Below are positions 31,234-42,326 of a stretch of DNA of 64,000 nt, piece after piece. Source of the stretch: Williopsis jadinii (lineage: Eukaryota); assembly GCA_024346625.1 (NCBI GenBank), contig AP024666.1, positions 1 through 64,000 on the forward strand, in the 5' to 3' direction. The notes under the pieces are model-generated. The model was not told the origin of the DNA. It did not search any database and saw only the letters and a list, made by a program, of their open reading frames with translations. The position numbers and the translations under genes were made by a program. The first letter of the stretch is position 1; every line of letters begins with the position of its first letter.

Positions 31234-31596
31234 ATGTCACAGGCACCAGTTGAACCACTTCACCAAATCTTGGACTCCAAGGAGAACGTTGCTAAGGCAA
31301 GGGTACAACAATTGAGCAATCAACAGTATGTCTAGCTTCTAGGTATTTCTTATCTCTGTGAACATCGCCTAACACGGCCTTTCTAATAGAAAACTCCAGT
31401 ATATCTCACCTTCTGATAGAAAGGAGAACATGTCGCCAACTTCCAAGAAGCTTATGGATCACAAGTTGCGTAACCTATGGACGTGAGTAATATCCCACCA
31501 GGGCATTCATGCACAGTGCACTAACAAGTATACAACAGAGCCCCGGTTAAGAAGTTATCTGGCTTGAGACTAGAGCATCAGGACGAAAATGAGTAA
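31234..31596 (+). CDS. SPO12: Spo12/Bns1-family mitotic-exit protein, 3 exons (31234-31325, 31390-31482, 31539-31596), 80 aa
   Basis: Introns GTATGT..GCCTAAC..TAG (31326-31389) and GTGAGT..CACTAAC..CAG (31483-31538) splice to MSQAPVEPLHQILDSKENVAKARVQQLSNQQKLQYISPSDRKENMSPTSKKLMDHKLRNLWTAPVKKLSGLRLEHQDENE*. It contains the Spo12 motif SP(S/T)D...SP.S.KL. Confidence 0.75.
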
Positions 31597-31985
31597 ACTG
31601 TTTACAAGGAGCTGTGCGTCCATCATCCTTTTGTTTCAAGGTTGGCGATGGTCTTTTCATGACACGCTACTGAAATACCCCCGGATCAGCTCCTAGTAGA
31701 GACACATTTTACGATCTTATATTTCTCTCGGGATAGGTTAAAGCTGTTGATGTAACAGTGTATATGGTTTTGAATATGGATATTATCTTTTTGTTTTCAC
31801 TATTGCGATGGACTCTGGTGTAGCTGATGATCAAATCTGTAGTCCATAGTGCTATGTGTGTGTATTAACAGCGTGCATCGTGTTCTGCTCTGAAGGTGAT
31901 AGCCCTGGTTTTCTCACTTTTCATCTCAACGTCACATGACCATCTGTAAGCCCTAATTTTTCGTAGAGGACTTTACCAAGATTCC

Positions 31986-32001
31986 GGGTGTTTGGATGTT
32001 T
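31986..32001 (-). promoter_or_regulatory. Rap1-type site upstream of RPS4
   Basis: GGGTGTTTGGATGTTT (reverse AAACATCCAAACACCC) has two ACAYC half-sites 8 bp apart, ~180 bp before a ribosomal protein gene. Confidence 0.65.
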
Positions 32002-32177
32002 TCACCTAATCCTGCAGAAACTGCGAAACCTGCGTCTGAATTGTGACTGTTCAAATTTTTCGCGATGGGAAACTCGCCAAACGCAACGATACTCAGACTG
32101 AAAAAAAGTGGAAAGCTCTTCAATATCACACACAGTAACAACCACCAACAAACCATCAACAACATCACCAACACACA

Positions 32178-32963
32178 ATGGGTAGAGGTCCAAAGAAGCA
32201 TCTTAAGAGATTGGCAGCACCATCCCACTGGATGCTCGACAAGTTGAGCGGTGTCTACGCTCCACGTCCATCCGCTGGTCCACACAAGCTTAGAGAGTCC
32301 TTGCCATTGATTGTCTTCTTGCGTAACCGTCTCAAATATGCTTTGAACGGTCGTGAGGTCAAGGCTATCTTGATGCAAAGACACGTTAAGGTTGACAACA
32401 AGGTCAGAACTGACGCCACTTTCCCAACTGGTTTCATGGATGTCATCTCCTTGGAGGCCACCAACGAGAACTTCAGATTGGTCTACGATGTCAAGGGTAG
32501 ATTTGCTGTCCACAGAATCACCGATGATGAAGCTTCTTACAAGCTTGCTAAGGTCAAGAAGGTTCAATTGGGTAAGAGAGGTATCCCATACGTTGTTACC
32601 CACGACGGTAGAACTATCCGTTACCCAGACCCAAACATCAAGGTTAACGACACCGTTAAGATTGACTTGACCACTGGTAAGATCTCTGACTTCATCAAGT
32701 TCGACACCGGTAAGTTGGTCTACGTCACTGGTGGTCGTAACTTGGGTCGTATTGGTACCATCGTTCACCGTGAGCGTCACGAGGGTGGTTTCGATTTGGT
32801 TCACATCAAGGATTCTCTTGAGAACACTTTCGTCACCAGATTGTCCAACGTTTTCGTCATCGGTGAGACTGGTAAGCCATGGATCTCCTTGCCAAAGGGT
32901 AAGGGTGTCAAGCTCAGTATCTCTGAGGAACGTGACAGAAGAAGAGCTCAACAAGGTTACTAA
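32178..32963 (+). CDS. RPS4: 40S ribosomal protein eS4
   Basis: [25 protein letters not shown]... near-identical to eS4; strong codon bias; no intron in the CDS. Confidence 0.99.
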   Translation: MGRGPKKHLKRLAAPSHWMLDKLSGVYAPRPSAGPHKLRESLPLIVFLRNRLKYALNGREVKAILMQRHVKVDNKVRTDATFPTGFMDVISLEATNENFRLVYDVKGRFAVHRITDDEASYKLAKVKKVQLGKRGIPYVVTHDGRTIRYPDPNIKVNDTVKIDLTTGKISDFIKFDTGKLVYVTGGRNLGRIGTIVHRERHEGGFDLVHIKDSLENTFVTRLSNVFVIGETGKPWISLPKGKGVKLSISEERDRRRAQQGY

Positions 32964-33212
32964 ATTTTTCAATTTTAAAAGTTTTCTGAGGTTTTTTTGT
33001 TGAAGATTGGAGAGTTGTAACATAAGAGAAGAGTGTGTTGTCATGAAATAAGAGAACAAGACACTGTTTTCTTGATGTTTTATTGTTGCATCATTTTGTT
33101 AATGATAATGCAACTGGTTGGGTGAAGTGAAACCAGGTGTGTTGTATATTTTTGTTTAGGTTCTAACTACAAATAGAATCGATCATCTTTCGGAAGCAAG
33201 CCTGTAGTACCA

Positions 33213-35000
33213 CTAATCTGTAAAATAGTCTCTCAAGAGAACACCAGTGCTCTTCCCACCGTAGTAGTGAATGTCTCGCTCCGAATAGCGATTCGCCCTG
33301 TCCAAGTGGTTGATAGCTTCCAAGATGTAAGGCTGGATGAAATCGTAGAAGACTAGGTCAACCTGATCGTTAAGGGGATCTTTCTCCTCATAGGAATCCA
33401 CAATATTGGGTGCAGGATAGTATGGGATGGAATTGTGAACAACATCGTCACCATCACAGCCATAATCGTCCCGTGTAGTCAACCCATATTTCAAACCTTT
33501 CTTGTGGATATCAGGACAACGGAGATTGTCATGCTCACCTGCCAGTGAGTTGAACTCTTGACTCTTTTCTCTCTGGAGTAAGATTGATGCCTTTTCCGGG
33601 GTAGATAACTGAAGGATAAATCTACCATTGTTGAGAAATGGTGGGATGGCTAACGCCAGATCCTTAGGCAACGTGATGACATTCCAGTTATTCTTGAAAG
33701 GTGAAACGATATACTCTTGATCTCTTGTGAAATTTCCCTTGTAAAGGTCATATCTTATACTTCCAGAGTTGACTATGATTAGCCGGTTTGGAGTTGAAGA
33801 CTGTACTTCATTTGCACCTTGCAAAGTTGGTAAGATGGTGGAGTTCAACAACGTGTAAACGTTCGAGGGATGGCCATATGGGTATCTGTTGGACATGTAT
33901 GATCTGTCCACATAGCCATAGCTATGAGTTAAGTTCAAATGCCGTCTCATCTTTGCTATATGGCTTGTCATCTGCAAGCCCTCAGGCGTGTCAAATTCCT
34001 TATCGTCGAGTCCAGTATGATGTTTGAAGCTTTCTCTGTTAAAGTCTACAAACCTTCTATTGAACTGTACGCCTGTCTCGGTTTGGTTGATGCTTATCCA
34101 TCCCACAGTTTCACAATAGCGGCCACTCTGCAGCCCTGTTGCGAGACGGTCAAAGACGGCAAAGTCTCGTATATGAGAGTGGCCTCCAAGGTACTGTACC
34201 GGTGTGTTCGGGTACAGCCTTCTCAGATGGATGTGCAATGAGAGTAGCTCATGTTCCTCAACGTCTGTCACTGGGATATGGCCAAATACAACGATATAGT
34301 CGATGTCTGTCTCTGGTGTGCGTGCCAACAACTCGTTAAACCAGCTCTGTTTCAGCACTTTGGACAATGGCGTCACTCTTGTTCTGGAGTTGAACCATGT
34401 GAAGTCAAAGAGGAACGAGAGTGCCAGCACTCTGTAACCTCTATTGGCTGTCTTGAATATGCGATACTTCGAACCAAAAGGTACAAATGTTCCATTGTCC
34501 AATTTGAACTCCACGTTACTAGAGACATATCTATCTCCAAACCTCTTCACAGACACCTCATACTCCTGTACAGAGTTCTCCTCTGTGTACAACTCATGAT
34601 TGCCCAAAGTGACCAAGTCGTACTCCAACGAATTGAATATTGAAGTAGAAACAGCACCGTTGGGCTCTGTGATATCGCTCAGTCCGTTACCATCGTGCTT
34701 ATCACCGGTATCGACAACCAATAGATCTGAGCCCTTCACGTCGTTCAGCTCGCGCAGCTTAGCGGTAAAAGATATGAAATCACCCCAGTCACCACTGTAC
34801 TGTCTCTGGTTCAAGTGGCCTGCGTACCAACCGTGCGTGTCAGTGGTGTGGAGGAAGTTCAGGTCTCCCCACACAAGCTCTCTGAACTGTGAGTTCTTTG
34901 GCGGAGAGATGAGTGGTTGTTGCTGTGCGATTGGGCTCTGCTCAGACGCAACAACTAGCTGTGTCAGGACTGAAAGGCAGTAAAGCGTTGATTTCTTCAT
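33213..35000 (-). CDS. Secreted/vacuolar 5'-nucleotidase-like metallophosphoesterase (YHR202W family)
   Basis: Signal peptide; LNFLHTTDTHGW, DTGDKHDGNGLSD, GNHELY, GGHSHIRD and SGRYCETVGW motifs. Neighbour of RPS4 as in S. cerevisiae. Confidence 0.9.
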   Translation of the reverse strand: MKKSTLYCLSVLTQLVVASEQSPIAQQQPLISPPKNSQFRELVWGDLNFLHTTDTHGWYAGHLNQRQYSGDWGDFISFTAKLRELNDVKGSDLLVVDTGDKHDGNGLSDITEPNGAVSTSIFNSLEYDLVTLGNHELYTEENSVQEYEVSVKRFGDRYVSSNVEFKLDNGTFVPFGSKYRIFKTANRGYRVLALSFLFDFTWFNSRTRVTPLSKVLKQSWFNELLARTPETDIDYIVVFGHIPVTDVEEHELLSLHIHLRRLYPNTPVQYLGGHSHIRDFAVFDRLATGLQSGRYCETVGWISINQTETGVQFNRRFVDFNRESFKHHTGLDDKEFDTPEGLQMTSHIAKMRRHLNLTHSYGYVDRSYMSNRYPYGHPSNVYTLLNSTILPTLQGANEVQSSTPNRLIIVNSGSIRYDLYKGNFTRDQEYIVSPFKNNWNVITLPKDLALAIPPFLNNGRFILQLSTPEKASILLQREKSQEFNSLAGEHDNLRCPDIHKKGLKYGLTTRDDYGCDGDDVVHNSIPYYPAPNIVDSYEEKDPLNDQVDLVFYDFIQPYILEAINHLDRANRYSERDIHYYGGKSTGVLLRDYFTD

Positions 35001-35279
35001 ACGTTGGGTTGGTCTACTGGTTCGTGAGCCGTGGGAGATGCCTTGTCTCTCCTTTTAGGCCTTTCCCTCATTGGCCGTCCTGCTAGTGGCCCTCCGCAGT
35101 GCTTACTATGTCCACCTGCCGTGGGCTCAAAACCGTCACGACGTGTTCGCGGGGCCTACCCTTCAAACAGCGAATTGGAAGGAGAAGAAGGGGGAGAAAA
35201 AAACACTGGCGGCACTCAAATCACTCACTCACCTCCATAACACCACAACACAACTCTTCGTATACAGGATAAGAAGAAA

Positions 35280-35882
35280 ATGAGCTTTGAGGAGGAGAAA
35301 GTCGCTGGTGGACAATACGTCAACTATCCATCACCACATTTGACGCCTGATAAGTACGTTCCGGTGGACACCTTTAGCGCCACGAGAAGTGCTCTTGGTT
35401 ACGGTGCAGCATTTGGTTTGTTGACTGTTGCTACGCAAAATGCGGTGCAGAAGAGCAGAGTTGGTCCATTGGGTATCATCACACGTTCCGGTACCCTTTG
35501 GGGTATGATTGTTCTTGTGTCCGGGTCTTACAAGTTTGCCTCCTCTGTTTTGTCGAACCTTAGGGAGAAGAAGGATACCTTGAACGAGTTCTACGCCGGT
35601 CTCGTTGCCGGTGCCGTTGCAGGTTTGCCAACCAAGTCTCTTGTGAAGGCTGCTGGCTGGTCCTTTGCCGGTGGTGTCATCACCGGGCTTGTGTACTGGT
35701 CTGGCTCGATCGTCGGTCAGCTTGGATCCAGTTCATACGCATACCGCGGTGTCGGCGTTGAAAACAACTTCAAGCCAAAGCCAGCGGATGAGGCTCAAAG
35801 ACAAGGATTCTGGGACGTCTTGAGAAGACGTCCATTGAGTCAAACTCTGGAACAGCTCGGAGAAGGTGCCTTCAAGCCATAG
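35280..35882 (+). CDS. Tim17/Tim22-family protein, likely complex I accessory subunit NUJM/NDUFA11
   Basis: NLREKKDTLNEFYAGLVAGAVAG PRAT-like motif and C-terminal RRRPLSQTLEQLGEG typical of the fungal 21.3 kDa complex I subunit. Confidence 0.75.
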   Translation: MSFEEEKVAGGQYVNYPSPHLTPDKYVPVDTFSATRSALGYGAAFGLLTVATQNAVQKSRVGPLGIITRSGTLWGMIVLVSGSYKFASSVLSNLREKKDTLNEFYAGLVAGAVAGLPTKSLVKAAGWSFAGGVITGLVYWSGSIVGQLGSSSYAYRGVGVENNFKPKPADEAQRQGFWDVLRRRPLSQTLEQLGEGAFKP

Positions 35883-36477
35883 AGAGCGTGCTTACCCTCT
35901 TCTCGTTGTTTTGAACTATTTATTACCTCCTTTTTTTCTTTATTGAACAATTTATTTATTCCGATATATACTCCTATATATCAACAAACACTTCTATTTA
36001 TTCATTACATATATATAAGCATGAGCCATGAATGTACATCTCATCTGAAGTATTTCAAAAAGGTCCCCCCCCCCCTCTTTGTATGAGAGAGTATAGCATC
36101 CACGTCGGAATTTACTCACCGGAATTCTACCCATCGGAATCTCTCTCTTCGCGAACTTGTTTTATCAATTTATCGATTCCCGTTCCTTTTTCCCTCCTCG
36201 CGCGCCAAAAATTTTCTTAAACAGAGGAAAGCCTGTTTTGAGTTCAAACTTTAGAAGATTTTTCCCCTTCCTTTTTTTCATAATCATCTGTTTAAGCCAT
36301 ACACCAACCTACAAGCTCAATTCATACGAGAAGAGGACTATTCAATCAAGACTTTTGTCTATTTCAATCTTCACTGGAATTCTTGTGCGTGTGTCTTTGT
36401 ATTTGTTTTTTGGTTGCTTCTTATCTCTTGCTCCATATCCTCATCTGGTTGTACCGCTCTCACTATCTCGTTAAAGG

Positions 36478-36752
36478 GTAAGTTCTGTTTATCTATCACT
36501 AGGGAGAAAAAGCATGGTGTTGAGATAACGAGTCAAGGTAAAGCCGCAAGCAAGGGCATCATTTCAACGGTGCAAAGTCCATATATCGATTGATCAACAC
36601 GCTAGGCACTTCTCATGCCCAAAACAAAGGAAACTGGACTGCATTGGAAAGTGTCTTTCGCTCTATCTTCAAACCGTTCTCTCGCGCACGCCAGCCTATT
36701 GGCGATTTACGCCTTCCTCTACAAATTACTAACAAAAAAAATCTGCCACCAG
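36478..36752 (+). other. Putative 5'UTR intron of SCH9
   Basis: GTAAGT at 36478, perfect TACTAAC at 36727-36733, CAG ending at 36752. Confidence 0.65.
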
Positions 36753-36881
36753 GGGAAATTTTTACCAAACGGGCCACCACTGACCATCCGCATATCGCAT
36801 CTTTACTCCCACGCTCCCTCTGCTTTTAATACATTTTATACAGCTTTGCCAGTCTACCATACAGGGTCCTTTATAGATAAG

Positions 36882-39128
36882 ATGGTTGATTTTGCAAAGA
36901 CTCTTTTTGGATTTGGCGGGTTCAACAAGACCGCCGCCACGACAAGCGCTGAGCGAACCAGCCAATACACTGATAAGGATCAGCAGGCAGGCCCACAACG
37001 ACAAGGGCCTGTGCCAACTCAACAGCAGGTGGAAGGGCAACAACAGCAGGAGGAACAACAACAGGTAACGTCACATCAACAACAGCAGCCACAGCAGCCG
37101 TCATCCCAGCGTTTCCCATTCCAGCAGATGGCCACACCGACAACGGCGTTGAGTGATAACTCGTTTGCTTATGGTACCACCACCAGACCTGATGACTACC
37201 AACCACAAACAGTGCTGTCTAAGGTTGCAAGTGCTCAAGAGAACAACACTTCAAAGCTCAAAAGCGCCACTGCCACACCACCTGCTGCTGGTGAGGCAAC
37301 CGTTGGGAGCAACGTTAGTGACACTACAGCTGCAACGGCAAACACCGGACTGTCGATTCCTACTACTGCATCAACAACATCGGAGGCTGACTCTGTTCCA
37401 AGGGGCAAATTAACCGTGAACATTGTTCAAGCTCGAAACTTACTCACAAAGACGTCGAACGCTCAGCCATATGTCGTCTGTACTTTTGAGAGCTCCGAGT
37501 TTATCACCCATGGTCCAGAAAGCGTTGATAACCATCCAGCTTCTCATGTACAGATGTTGAAGAGGGATCGCCCAATTCCAACGGCTTCAAGACCGCTCTA
37601 TTCAAGACAATCATCATCACAACACTTGAACAGACAACCACCTAGAATGCCACAAGAGCAACAGCATAACCAGTACTCAAATAACTCTAACCCGGTTTGG
37701 CACCACGAGACTATATTCGACGTTGTCGGAAACCATTCAGAATTAGACATTTCTGTATATGACTCTGACGAGACGTTTCTAGGACATGTCAGAATCAAAC
37801 CAACCATCCAGACGAAGAACAAGAACAATGAATGGTTTAAGCTCCAACCAAGAGTTGACGGTGAGCGTGTCAGTGGTGAGATTAACGTTAGTTGGGATTT
37901 TAGTACAACTGGAAAGAGACATTACGGTCCAGAGGATTTCGAGGTGTTGCGTCTATTGGGTAAAGGTACTTTTGGACAAGTGTTTCAAGTGCGCAAGTTG
38001 GATACAGATCGTATCTATGCGATGAAGGTTCTTTCCAAGAAGGTTATTGTAAAGAAGAAGGAAATTGCTCATACCATTGGTGAACGTAACATTTTGGTTA
38101 GAACTGCTACAACTGCATCACCGTTCATTGTTGGTTTGAAATTTTCATTCCAAACACCGACAGATTTATACCTTGTCACTGATTACATGTCAGGTGGTGA
38201 GTTGTTCTGGCATTTGCAAAGAGAAGGTCGTTTCCAAGAGGACCGTGCAAAGTTTTACATTGCAGAGTTGATACTTTGTTTGGAACATTTACACGACAAT
38301 GATATCGTTTACAGAGATTTGAAACCAGAAAATATCCTGTTGGATGCAAATGGTCACATTGCCCTCTGTGATTTTGGCCTTTCCAAGGCTGATTTGTCAA
38401 CAGATGCCACGACCAACACATTCTGTGGTACCACTGAATATTTGGCACCAGAGGTGTTGTTGGATGAATCCGGTTACACGAAGATGGTTGATTTTTGGTC
38501 TCTGGGTGTGTTAATCTTTGAGATGTGCTGTGGCTGGTCCCCATTCTATGCTGAAAATACCCAACAGATGTACAAGAACATCGCCTTTGGCAAAGTCCGT
38601 TTCCCAAAGGAAGTTTTAAGCCCTGAAGGTCGTTCATTTGTTAAAGGCCTGTTAAACAGAAACCCTAAGCACAGATTGGGTGCGCAAGGTGATGCACGCC
38701 AGTTGAAGGAGCATCCTTTCTTCCAGGATGTTGATTGGGAGCTCCTGAGACAGAAGAAGATCCCGCCACCTTTCAAACCACATCTTTCGAGTGAGACAGA
38801 CACATCTAATTTTGATCCAGAATTCACCAATACCAGTGCCTCTGTCATCAACAAACAATTCCACATTGCATCAACTCCATTATCACCTGGTGTCCAGGCC
38901 AATTTCAAAGGTTTCACCTTTGTCGATGAATCCACTATGGAGGATTTCCACTCAAAGAGAATCACACAACCTTTCGGCTCCCTAATTCCAGGAAACCCAC
39001 ACCTGCCTCCAACTGAGGACGTCATTGAAGATGAAGAGGAGGACGAAGAGCACAACAATGACGTTGATATGGATGGCGATCATGAAATGGATGATGACCA
39101 ATTCGTCAATGGTCAATTTGATCTTTGA
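36882..39128 (+). CDS. SCH9: AGC serine/threonine kinase Sch9
   Basis: Q-rich N-terminus, C2 domain, kinase domain GKGTFGQV..YRDLKPEN..DFG..TFCGTTEYLAPE, and hydrophobic motif FKGFTFV. Likely start MVDFAK at 36882, because the upstream ATG at 36615 lies in a putative intron. Confidence 0.95.
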   Translation: MVDFAKTLFGFGGFNKTAATTSAERTSQYTDKDQQAGPQRQGPVPTQQQVEGQQQQEEQQQVTSHQQQQPQQPSSQRFPFQQMATPTTALSDNSFAYGTTTRPDDYQPQTVLSKVASAQENNTSKLKSATATPPAAGEATVGSNVSDTTAATANTGLSIPTTASTTSEADSVPRGKLTVNIVQARNLLTKTSNAQPYVVCTFESSEFITHGPESVDNHPASHVQMLKRDRPIPTASRPLYSRQSSSQHLNRQPPRMPQEQQHNQYSNNSNPVWHHETIFDVVGNHSELDISVYDSDETFLGHVRIKPTIQTKNKNNEWFKLQPRVDGERVSGEINVSWDFSTTGKRHYGPEDFEVLRLLGKGTFGQVFQVRKLDTDRIYAMKVLSKKVIVKKKEIAHTIGERNILVRTATTASPFIVGLKFSFQTPTDLYLVTDYMSGGELFWHLQREGRFQEDRAKFYIAELILCLEHLHDNDIVYRDLKPENILLDANGHIALCDFGLSKADLSTDATTNTFCGTTEYLAPEVLLDESGYTKMVDFWSLGVLIFEMCCGWSPFYAENTQQMYKNIAFGKVRFPKEVLSPEGRSFVKGLLNRNPKHRLGAQGDARQLKEHPFFQDVDWELLRQKKIPPPFKPHLSSETDTSNFDPEFTNTSASVINKQFHIASTPLSPGVQANFKGFTFVDESTMEDFHSKRITQPFGSLIPGNPHLPPTEDVIEDEEEDEEHNNDVDMDGDHEMDDDQFVNGQFDL

Positions 39129-40794
39129 ACCGCTATATTGTGTTTTCACTTCATAGTGGCTTCCTGCTCACCTGTTCTGCACCCCTTGGTTATCCTCTAT
39201 CTTTTCTTGTGTGTTTCACTTTCCGATTGTACTTCTTTGGTCTCCCAGTGGATTCTCATCCACTAACTTTGTGCTATTTCTTTGGTTTCCATTTCACCCT
39301 GCCTTTTTCTTTTCGACCTTAGAAATATGGGCCATTGGATGTTTAAATATGCCCCTCTCATTGTGTGTTTGTCCGTTTCCCAGTTATTTGTTTTTTAGTT
39401 ATTATTGTTTGAGCGCATCCATATACAGATTCCATATACATACCACTCAATCTCCATAGATCAAGTTAACCATCCCACAGTACACCTTGTGCCAAAGAGG
39501 TTGAAATCTACTGGGCTCCTTCGTCGGTATGGGCACGTCTCGCTCCAGAGCTGAAACGTTCTAGACTGCAGGAGCATACTATTAATACCTCTCACCGCAT
39601 TTACAGCCTACGAGAAGAATGGGCATTGATGTACTTGTGATTAGCGTATGATGCAGACTGCAATATCAACTGAGGTGGGAAATAGTAACTCTTCATGGCT
39701 TGCGCCTCCACTCATCACAAGTTGCTACGTATGTATAACAGGGGCCTCGATCACGGATCTAACCTCGGCATGCCGTTTCACGACAATGCACTATGATCTA
39801 AACCGGCTATAGCTGCTAGCTGGACACGTATATATCGTCTCTACGGTTTTATAAACGGGTGTCTAAGGTGCCACCATTACAATTCCCGTCCAGACGTTCA
39901 CATATCCCCCCCCTCTCTCTCTCTCTCTCCATGCACCGTGTAGCCTCTAACTTGAAACAGGACTGTCATCACACAGTTCACCACGGCTTTCAATATAAGA
40001 CCACTTTAAGCAACGGTGCATTTCCTCTACGCTTCTCCCTATCAACAGCCAACTACAGCCTCTACGCTATACCTTAAGCCCCTCTTTTCTCGCCTCTGCG
40101 ATCCAACCTGTGGCGATGCACACCGGTGCACATTGCCACAGCGATATAAAGACAAATACCACTCTGTGTTCCTCCGTGTGTTTTAAATGAGGTTGTGCCA
40201 CTGGCTCTCCCACAAGTTGAGCTGGAGAACCGTGGTGGAGTTCCCACCGGAAAATACAAAAACAAAGAAAAACCAGGAAAAGCACTTCACAAACAACTTG
40301 CGCTATCAGTTTTTAAACAACTGCCGCACCCGTCGATTTTCCGCTGTGCACCTTCCGCTGTCGACTTTCTGCTGTCATCATCGTACGCTGCAAAACGTAT
40401 TACGCCAACGGCGCATCATAACGGAAGGGCTTTTTTATCTCCTTCCCTCTGTGTGTTGTGTGGTGTTTTTTCTTAAACCCCCATCTGGCCTGGAATTAAC
40501 AATCATCAAATTTCAACTCGGCCCTTTGTTCTGTGTTTCTCGATTTTTTTCCACCCTCACCACTGCCTCCTTTTGTGGTTGTTTTAATCCCAACGCTACA
40601 GCATCAGTCGTGTCCGTTGGTGTTGATTTGCGTGCCTGTGTGTGCTCCTTCTAAGCGTGTGCTGTTATACGTTGGTTGTGGAGCTGAGTCGGCTTTTCAG
40701 GGTGGGAAGTTGAACCGGGAAGCAACACCGGGTTGGAAGTTTATCACGTTTAGTCGAAACAAACAGGAGTTTGGAGGGACACAGCTGGCCGACG

Positions 40795-42216
40795 ATGCCT
40801 CCTAAGATTGAGCCAGAGGATGTGCCGTTGTCCGGCATCAATGCGAGTCTTACGCAGTCGTTGGGGATTCCTGCCAACAACACATCCTCAACGACGTCTG
40901 GCTCCACTGATTTTGTGAAGAAGCTCTTTCTGATGCTTGAGGACAACTCCTACGAGACGATTGTGCGGTGGACGAACAAGGGGGACTCATTTGTGGTGTT
41001 GGACACGAACGAGTTCACGAGGGAGATCCTTCCGAGACACTTCAAGCACTCCAACTTTGCGAGTTTTGTCCGCCAGTTGAACAAGTACGACTTCCACAAG
41101 GTGAAGATGACCACCGAGGAGAAGCAGCAGAACGAGTACGGCGAGAGCGCGTGGGAGTTCAAGCACCCAGACTTCAAGAGACATGACCGCGAGGCACTAG
41201 AGAGCATAAAGAGGAAAGGCCCGGTGCAGAAACGTGTCAATACAGACGATACCAATGCTGAAGCCATTGCAAAGCTCGAAGAGAGCGTGGCTTCGTTGAA
41301 GAAGGAGAACAAGCACTTGATCAGCGAGATCAAGGCCATCAATCAGAAGTATACGACGGTGATTGAATCGATCATCAACGTCAAGAACACCAACGATCGC
41401 TACTTCAGAAGTGTGAATACCCTTGTGAATACGTTGGTCAACCATGGGATAAAGATGCCGGCGTTGGACCTGCCGCCAATAGACTCGCCACAGATAACAC
41501 TACAACAGATACAGCAGCAGGTGCAACCACCACAACAACAACCGCAGCAAGTCCAGCAACCGCCACAGCAACCTTCACAGCAAGCCGGGTCAATAGTACC
41601 GTCTAGCGCTGGACAAGCTGGGTCTGCAGCTGTCCAAAAGCAATCTCCAAAGATCTCACACTCTCTGCGCTCTGGGTTCCACGTGCTATTAGTCGAGGAT
41701 GATAACGTTTGTATACAGCTGTGTCGGAAGTTCTTGGAGAAGTACGGTTGTACCGTTGAGGTTGTGTCTGATGGGTTGACTGCCATCAATGCGCTTGAGA
41801 AATCACGTTATGACATTGTTCTCATGGACATCATCATGCCAAACCTCGACGGAGCAACTGCAACGTCGATAGTGAGAAGCTTTGATAATAGAACACCAAT
41901 CATTGCGATGACTGGTAACATTGAAGACCAAGATTTGGTCACTTATCTACAACACGGCATGAGTGATATCCTCGCTAAGCCGTTCACCAAAGATGACTTG
42001 TACTTGATGCTCGAAAAACACCTAAGTACCAGAACTCCGCTGTCGTATCAACAAGGCACACCGCAGCCCAGCAGCGTTGTTACTGACGTTGGTGTGAACA
42101 TGGGTGTGACTGTAAACAGTGCTGTTCCTGGTGTTCAGCTGAATGCTCTCTCCGGTGTTCAAGCCCAAGATCTCGTCCATGATGATGCTCCCTTGGGGAA
42201 AAGACAAAAGCTATGA
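40795..42216 (+). CDS. SKN7: Response-regulator transcription factor Skn7 (HSF-type DBD plus receiver domain)
   Basis: FVKKLF..FKHSNFASFVRQLNKYDFHKV HSF domain; receiver HVLLVEDD..YDIVLMDIIMPNLDG..KPF. First ATG at 40795. Confidence 0.96.
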   Translation: MPPKIEPEDVPLSGINASLTQSLGIPANNTSSTTSGSTDFVKKLFLMLEDNSYETIVRWTNKGDSFVVLDTNEFTREILPRHFKHSNFASFVRQLNKYDFHKVKMTTEEKQQNEYGESAWEFKHPDFKRHDREALESIKRKGPVQKRVNTDDTNAEAIAKLEESVASLKKENKHLISEIKAINQKYTTVIESIINVKNTNDRYFRSVNTLVNTLVNHGIKMPALDLPPIDSPQITLQQIQQQVQPPQQQPQQVQQPPQQPSQQAGSIVPSSAGQAGSAAVQKQSPKISHSLRSGFHVLLVEDDNVCIQLCRKFLEKYGCTVEVVSDGLTAINALEKSRYDIVLMDIIMPNLDGATATSIVRSFDNRTPIIAMTGNIEDQDLVTYLQHGMSDILAKPFTKDDLYLMLEKHLSTRTPLSYQQGTPQPSSVVTDVGVNMGVTVNSAVPGVQLNALSGVQAQDLVHDDAPLGKRQKL

Positions 42217-42326
42217 TAAAAGTATCCTTCTAAAATAGGAAATGTGTATATGTGTAAGATTATACTGTGCTTAATACAATGTGTACTTCTACTTGATACT
42301 TTTTTATTACTTCTAAGGTGGTGTGT

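Noticed and set aside
31953..33059. 368-aa minus-strand ORF
   Set aside because: Antisense shadow of the highly codon-biased RPS4; no independent motifs.
36615..36881. ORF-track N-terminal extension of SCH9
   Set aside because: Not kinase-like, and its ATG sits inside a well-formed putative intron.
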